A stretch of 56,308 nt of DNA, the filler included, from Sphacelaria rigidula (Eukaryota): assembly GCA_964200075.2 (NCBI GenBank). It is 4 parts of 4 records of this genome, joined end to end, with 100 filler letters (N's around TTAATTAATTAA, not from the genome) between each part and the next. Parts side by side here need not be neighbours in the genome. Positions count along the whole stretch, not along the records: positions 42,308 to 56,308 come from CAXNAA020002523.1; 3 more parts are not named here. The stretch is one strand, 5' to 3'. Numbering within the stretch: position 1 is the stretch's first letter; each line of letters starts with the position of its first letter. The notes under the pieces were generated by a model, which worked only from the letters and a program-made list of their open reading frames with translations, ran no database searches and was not told the DNA's origin. Below are positions 50,014-56,308 of this stretch, one piece after another. Both the position numbers and the translations under genes were made by a program.

Positions 50014-50209
50014 CCAATTCTACTGTCATTTTGTTCGTAATAATGTAAGTATCTTTGTTATAAACTCACGATACTAAAATCGGTATAAAGACAGCCGTTA
50101 TCAACAAACTTCAAATAAACTGGATGAACTGGAGTCCTCATCACCAGTTCCAGTTAAAATTCAGTTCCAGTTTAATCGCCAGTACGAACTAGTCTAGTTC
50201 ACAGCCCTA
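50014..50209 (-). mobile_element. Terminus of a hAT-like element (TAGGGCTGTGAACT end), copy A
   Basis: Reverse complement aligns with 54340-54636. AACTGG subterminal repeats. A further homologous piece lies at about 48620-48675. Confidence 0.7.
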
Positions 50210-50210
50210 A

Positions 50211-50540
50211 AAAATTTGAGTAGAGTATTTGAGGTCATACTCAATCCATCCAAAATTTGAGCGAAGTATTGAGTTCATACCCAAACTCTGAGTGAAGTAT
50301 GTGAGGTCATACTCAATCTACCCAGAAATTGAGAGGAGTATTGAGATCATATCCAGGCGACACTCTATACTCAAGTATTACTGAGAGGATATACCCAAAA
50401 TTTGAGTAGAGTATTTGAGGTCGTCCTTAGTCTACCCAAAAATCGAGTAGAGCATTTGAGGCCGTACCATATCTACCCAAAATGTGAGTAAAGTAAATGC
50501 TCGGGTATGTTACCCACATACCCTACTCGACCTGCCCTTG
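50211..50540 (-). repeat. Array of palindromic units of about 41 bp ending in a CAAGGGCAG-type terminus, copy 1
   Basis: Units AAAATTTGAGTAGAGTATTTGAGGTCATACTCAATCTACCC; the array ends CTACTCGACCTGCCCTTG. Confidence 0.75.
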
Positions 50541-50859
50541 CGCTGTTTTCACCGCTGGGTCTGCCATGGAGGAGCCAGTTGGGCGGCCTGCAGAGTCGCT
50601 CTTTTTGACAATACCTACCCGACTACACGTCTACTCGATTACCCAATAATGATGAGTAGCGATTTTTACTGAAACTGATCTCGAAGAGGTTGCGAGGTAT
50701 GAAGCATGTACTGCCATGGGTGGGGGCAGGTGAGCTGGGGCAGGTAGGATTACTCACCTGCACGCTTTTTGAAAATATTTTTGATGGCCACCATTCCTTC
50801 ATAGTCATAGCACATGAGGTAACGTCACGAAGTCGCCGACGGTCACAATTACTCATCAT

Positions 50860-51907
50860 ACCCAGGTGATCCTCTATACCTGAGTATTGCTGAGAGTGCT
50901 TACCCAAAATTTGAGTAGAGTATTTGAGGTCGTGCTCAATCTACCCAAAATTTGAGAAGAGGATTTGAGGTCATACTCAATCTATCCAATATTTGAGTAG
51001 AGTATTGAGGTCACACCCAAGTGATACTATACCCTCAAGTATTACTGAGAGTACTTACTCAAATTTTGAGGGAAGTATTTGAGGTCGTACTTAATCTACC
51101 CAAAATTTGAGTAGAGCATACGATTGGGTCACTGCGGCGAAGAACATGGGCAAATGGGATATTGGACTCGAAAAAGGAGCGGAACAGTTTGAGGACACGT
51201 GGTGACGCGCGGACAAGCGAGAATCAGACCGCCGTCACAAAACTCATATCGGTTGTTGATTATGTCCTTAGATGGTGGATCTGCGGTGCCCACTGGTGTG
51301 TATCTGTATCTACTCTACTGCCCTGAATCTGAATCCCTTGGGCTTCTCCCTTTTCTTCGTCGTTTCATTGTATTTTATTTTATTTGCTCCTGACTTTTTT
51401 CTCCCTTTTTTTTTTGTTTTAGGTTGGCCATTTCTTTTTGTGCTTTGCTTGTGTTGACTTGACTATTTTTTGGTTTTGTTACGACTTAGTCTGCTATGTC
51501 GTTCTGTTCGACTTTTTTGTTTTTTTCCTGCTCCTTCTTTTCTTCAGAGCGTGTTTCAGTTTCGTTTTTCTTGGGTACGTCCATCATGAGACCACGGCTG
51601 GACCCCTGGGGGGTCAGTTTAAGTGCGACGATCAATCAATCAATCAATCAATCAATCAGTATTGAGGCCATACCCAAGTGATACTACACACTCAAGTATT
51701 ACTGAAAGTATACCCAAAATTTGAGTAGGGCATTCGAGGTCGTACTCAATCTATGCAACATTTGAGGAGAGTATTTGAGGCCGTACCCAATCTACTCAAA
51801 ACTTGAGTATTGAGGCTGTACCCACCTACCCAAAAATTGAGCAAAAAAAATACTCGGGTATTTTACTTGAGTACTCAAAAGTGCATACTCTACTCGATCT
51901 GCCCTTG
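50860..51907 (-). repeat. Second array of the same 41-bp units, interrupted by a LINE insertion, with the same terminus
   Basis: Same units at 50905-51120 and 51659-51845; ends CTACTCGATCTGCCCTTG at 51907. Confidence 0.75.
51121..51658 (+). mobile_element. 5'-truncated RTE LINE with (ATCA)n tail
   Basis: DWVTAAKNMGKWDIGLEKGAEQFEDTW*RADKRESDRRH is a typical RTE ORF C-terminus. T-rich 3' UTR, then GACCACGGCTGGACCC..GGTCAGTT.AAGTG and (ATCA)7. The same tail occurs at 16985-17075. Confidence 0.75.
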
Positions 51908-52997
51908 CCATGCTCTGTTTGACTCGGCCGCACGGCCACGCCTTGCGCGAGACGGCTCATTACATATTATATCAAATAGGCCTGAGCGGTGACTGTTATT
52001 CGTGTTACTGTAAAGCGTCGACCAACGAGCGGGCCGAGTTAAACGATCATGTCGGCAAGATCTGCCGCCGCCTCCGTGTCGGTATGATGCCGTATCCTCT
52101 ATAATCGCGATTAGAAAGTGGGAATTATTCGGAAAGGTGTCCCAGCATCGTGCATAATCACCCTTTCAACCCACGCAGCGCGCCTTGGATCGCCGATACT
52201 GTTTCGTCATCACCTGCGTGCTACCTCAATCTACATATACGTGAAGTTTCAGCATTATGAGACTCTAGATGCGCTGTGTCTGAACGCCTGATCTCCCAAA
52301 GTACCGCCTCCATATTATTGGGAAGGAACAACACTGGAGGGGTAGGTGCTGTTCTCTGAGTAAATGAATCAACTCTGCCGCGTGTTGTGTGGCTTCGGGC
52401 TATAATGAAGAAACAAGGATTCCAGCAGTGGTCGCTGGGACATTTTTTTCGCTAACGGCAGCGATGTTCGCCGTGCAAACGGTACCGTGGAACAGCATGT
52501 GCGGAATAGAGCCGCGAGTGCATTGCCACGATCAATTATCAAATAGCACTTACACCTGGAGACAAAACCCGCCCACAGTTGTCCTGCTTTACTGTACAGT
52601 AATGTACAGACCGTCGTGTATCGCAGTGTACTGTGCTGTACGTTATTGCCATCCGTGAACGACGGGCTCTTCGGTTAGAGCTCTACCGTACACCTCGAGC
52701 AACGCGAAAAACCACAGCAACAGACAACAGAAGCGGCCTGCTCAAAATAAACTAAAAACCAGACTCGACCTGAGTTTCTCATCTGATGGAAAGGTCTACT
52801 GTTTCTATTGGGCGTTTTGAGGCTACACACATGATATTTTTTGGAATCTCATCAGCGTTGTTTTTTAATGCCCTCGTTTCTCATAGATCGGCCACTTGTG
52901 TATAAATTGACTATAACACTAACTCAAGGCACCGAAGCAGGCTTGACACGTGAGATCCTGCCTGCATTCGCTCAGTAACGGAAGATATCCTGCCCAC

Positions 52998-53546
52998 CTT
53001 AACCGTAACGACCTCGGGACACCCATCACCCCCGCCGCCGCCGTCGCCGCCGCCGCCCGAAATTTCACGCCGACACTCGAACACAACACTGGACATGCCG
53101 GACCCCCTACGCCTGGTGACCCTAAAAGGAACAGACTTCCCGCCGAGCGGTATACGCATACTCGTGCCCTCCAAGCAGGATATCGTGGGATCGATGCAAG
53201 AGGTAACGGCAGCCTGCTTTTTCGAGAGTTTTTGTTGTTGTAGTTGATGAGTAGTTGCGCCGCCTGGCACCCCAGCCGCGCCGTTCAAGTTTTGAGATGC
53301 AAATTGCGCCGACAGCCGTGAACATGCTGCCGACGTTGAGGCTATGCCCTGATGGAGATGTTCGGCCGGTGGTTGGTGAGATGGATGCGTGTTCGAGGGG
53401 CTGCTACTGTAACAACTCTTTCGCTTGTTTGATGAGGGTGTAGGAGTCGGGGCATCGTGGGCGTCGGTGACCTGCATGGGATCAGTCGGTTGTGGATGTT
53501 GTGGCCTGTAGGGTATGCCCATGAGGGAGACATGCTGAGTGGTCAT
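52998..53546 (-). CDS. Ser/Thr protein kinase, exon 1 (disordered N-terminus and subdomains I-II)
   Basis: ATG at 53546. FRVTRRRGSGMSSVVFEC...VVTVK, then a GTGGGC donor in phase 0 joining exon 2. A possible 5' UTR intron lies at about 53570-53775. Confidence 0.82.
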
Positions 53547-54339
53547 GCTCTTACTTCTCCGCGCAAATTCTGTCAGGGTGCGCCTTCTCTGGTTTTCGAT
53601 GACGCGCCGTGCTCGTAATGTATGTGACCTTCGGTATTGCGCCCCCTTGTACCTAGCACCAAGCGGATGAACAGATATAACAAACTTTCAAACTCGTAGA
53701 GGTTGGTTTGCTGTTTGCTCAGACCTGCGACCGACAGATGAATGATGATAAGGGTTGTGCGTGGCATCTACTTACCGCGCGGCCCAGCAGCTGTAGCGCT
53801 GTCCCGCTGCTGTAGTCCTTGCACCAAAATTTGGTGGATGATTTCGCATCAATTTTCAGCTGCGCTACTAAGTGCTTTATCGATAGGTGAGAGCGTTAGT
53901 GAAATGAGATGCGAGTCGCTTGTAGAAAATAATCTTCTCAACGGCTGGGGTCATTCGGTAATTGATGCAGACTTCAGGTTTGGCTACAATGATCGTCACC
54001 GACGGTCACGGAGTATAGCACCCTCAAGCGATTTATTACGCGGCCCGGAAGCTCATGACCACCTGGGCGTGATGTTCAGGAGGCGCGTAATGTACAAAAA
54101 TACCCTTTCGGAGCACTGTAGTTGCTGATATGGTGCCAAAAATAGCTGGAACTCATCATCCCGAGGCGTCATGAAGGGCCAGGAAGTGATGTTCAACATG
54201 CAGCACAGGTGGCGTACAAAACTCGAATTTGAGGCGAGGCTCAAATCTCATTCTTATCGCCGAGCCAAGCATAATTTCTTGAAGTCGATTTCTTACTTTC
54301 CGCACACGCGCAGTGATGAATCTCTTGAAGGCCAATTTC

Positions 54340-54692
54340 TAGGGCTGTGAACTGGACCAGTTTGTACTGGCAGTTAAACTAGAACTGGAGTTTAACCCTT
54401 AGACCGCGAGATTAGTCTTTCTGGATCATGCATACTTTTTTTCACTTGAAATTGATGCCGATTCCAAAGAAGACTAACCTCGGGGTCTCAGGGTTAACTG
54501 GAACTGATGATAATGATTCCAGTTTATCCAGTTTGTTTGAAGTTTGCCGTTACCGGCTACGTTCATACCATTTTTAGTATGGTGAGTTTATAACAAAGAT
54601 GCTCACATGATGACGAACAAAATTACAGTAGAATTGTGGTCTGCACCTGAAAACAGTACAGGTACAGACAGTAGAGTACAGTACTCGTGGTC
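54340..54692 (+). mobile_element. Terminus of the hAT-like element (TAGGGCTGTGAACT end), copy B
   Basis: Inverted homolog of 50014-50209 plus 48620-48675. Confidence 0.7.
54396..54493. mobile_element. 98-bp piggyBac-like MITE with TTAA TSD
   Basis: TTAA|CCCTTAGACCGCGAGATTAGTCTT...AAGACTAACCTCGGGGTCTCAGGG|TTAA. The paralogous host copy has a single TTAA at 50154-50157 (empty site). Confidence 0.88.
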
Positions 54693-54798
54693 ACTACACC
54701 TCGAAGTGATATTTCGGATATATGCCAGGTTTGTCGTTCCATAGCACATCTGAAATAAAAAATAGCAAGCAAACGGTGATCCGCGACCACAAAATACC

Positions 54799-55035
54799 AG
54801 GGGTCTACACGTTCACGTTCACGTTCACGTTACGTTCATCACGTGAAAAAATTTAACGATCACGTTACGTTACGTATGTCACGTTAAATAAATTTGAACG
54901 TTACGTTCATCACGTGAAAAAAAATTAACGTCACGTTTCGTTACATGTAACGTAATATGAAACGTTTCAATGTCACGTGTAACGTCTAATATAACGTTAC
55001 GTTGACACGTGTAACGTTCGAATGTAACGTTTCAT
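54799..55035. repeat. ACGT-core repeat cluster, probably the subterminal region of a hAT-like element starting CAGGGG
   Basis: More than 20 ACGT cores (CACGTT, TACGTT, AACGT, CACGTG) in about 235 bp after CAGGGGTCTAC. Confidence 0.6.
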
Positions 55036-55361
55036 CATGAGCATGTCGCGGCTCATTTACCAGTGTTTAAGGCGTTGTAGCGTGTCGTCTAACGCGTGAT
55101 GTTACCGTGTACGTGACGCTGACGGTGACCCGTCGGCTGGTTCTCATTTGTAAAATAACCTCTGGAAAAAAGCGCGTTTTCTGATGAACCACTTCATATG
55201 TGATCAGAAAACGCGTTTGAAATCCCGCCGTTCGCCAACACACACTCCAGCCCACGACAGCAGCCATGAGTGGCTCGGCTGCCATCACCACTGCTGTCGC
55301 TGGTGGTCGCGGGTAGTCAGCGTGTTGCCTCATTGTCCTTCGCTCGCCAGTATCATGGTAG

Positions 55362-55770
55362 CTCTTGACTCCATGAGAACAGCACAGGGCAGCATCGATG
55401 ACGAGTGCTGTACAAACACTCTGTGTGTAGTTTGCACAGACAGTATTTTAGCTCGCATTTCAGGTCTGTGCATGCAGCGTGATGCGAACAGCACTCGCGA
55501 TGCAGTACAGACTGCCAACGCACCCCAGACTTGTAGAGACAGGACCGCACTGACCGTACACACAAGATCACAGTTTAAGCAGTAGTGCTTCTGCAGTAGT
55601 GTCCACAGGGCTTGGGTGCTTGGGCAGTCTGTACTGTATTCGAGTGCTGTTTGCAACACGCTGCATGCACAGACCTGAACTGAGCTACATTATTGTGCAA
55701 CCTACGTACAGAGTGCCTGACAGCACTCGTCATGGACCCTACCCTGTTTCGTTGTCATGGGGGTAAGGAG
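55362..55770. mobile_element. Long fold-back element of about 410 bp (MITE-like hairpin)
   Basis: Arms of about 170 bp: ATGACGAGTGCTGT...TTCAGGTCTGTGCATGCAGCGTG...CAGTACAGACTGCC pairs with GGCAGTCTGTACTG...CACGCTGCATGCACAGACCTGAA...ACAGCACTCGTCAT. TA dinucleotides lie at or near both ends. Confidence 0.82.
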
Positions 55771-56308
55771 TAAGGGCCATCACGCTACTGGCGAGCGAAA
55801 GACAACATAGCAAAACGCTGACTGCCCGCGAGCACCAGCGACAGCAGTGATGATGGCAGCCAAGTCATCACTACAAACAAGGCTTTCGTGAGATTGAGAG
55901 TGGAGGATACGATTGAGAGTGAAAAAACGGTCAATGAGTGAATCACCCGTTTCAGTTCCGAAATGCCCCTCCACGAGGCCCAATATGACTTCTGTAGTAA
56001 CTTGCCACTGATGCGCTTGATATCCTTGAGTAGGATATCGACGTGTAGCTTTAAGCACACGCCAGTGATGGAGGGGAGAAAGAGCGCACACGGAATGAAT
56101 AATTGGCTAAGTTGGAGCGAATGAACAAAGCCACTCCCAATCAGCGCTCTACTCTCAATCTCACGAGAACGTTTACAGCCAATGCATACAATACAGTACT
56201 GTTGTGTGTACTCTTGTCCGTGCTTTTCTTTCAGTCAAGTACTACCGTGCAGTGAAAAGCACAACCGTCACCTCTACAGTCATTTATAAATACAGCAAGG
56301 CGGTGTTC

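Noticed and set aside
50211..51907. CRISPR-like array of palindromic repeats of about 41 bp
   Set aside because: Units are head-to-tail with no unique spacers and are degenerate. There are no cas genes, the context is a eukaryotic intron, and the arrays end in a transposon-like terminus.

Overview
Eukaryotic, intron-rich and repeat-rich genomic DNA. It is most consistent with a brown alga (Phaeophyceae); this is an inference from the long introns, RTE-type LINE relics and long low-complexity exons. Three 100-bp gaps carry an artificial TTAATTAATTAA linker (14004-14103, 28106-28205, 42208-42307), so continuity across them is not guaranteed. Genes rebuilt by hand from splice sites and reading-frame phase: (1) an isolated first exon of triosephosphate isomerase at 10927-10995; (2) a 5'-incomplete plus-strand gene with 7 phase-consistent exons at 15399-26801, encoding the end of a cytochrome b561-like membrane domain fused to a cytochrome b5 domain and a long disordered tail; (3) a minus-strand gene of at least 4 exons at 34216-30432, encoding a largely disordered protein of unknown function; (4) a 4.2-kb minus-strand open frame at 41976-37741 ending in a CCTVS CaaX-type motif; (5) a 3-exon minus-strand Ser/Thr kinase of about 523 aa at 53546-44009, with HAD in place of HRD and a large insert. 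The rest is transposon material: a tRNA-derived SINE with a target-site duplication, RTE LINE relics, Ty3/gypsy and hAT relics, hAT-, piggyBac- and Tc1/mariner-like MITEs (one with a matching empty site in the window), palindromic subterminal arrays and microsatellites. I found no unambiguous new multi-gene system. The best candidates for novelty are the b561-b5 fusion protein, the atypical kinase, the giant CaaX exon and several apparently uncatalogued non-autonomous element families.
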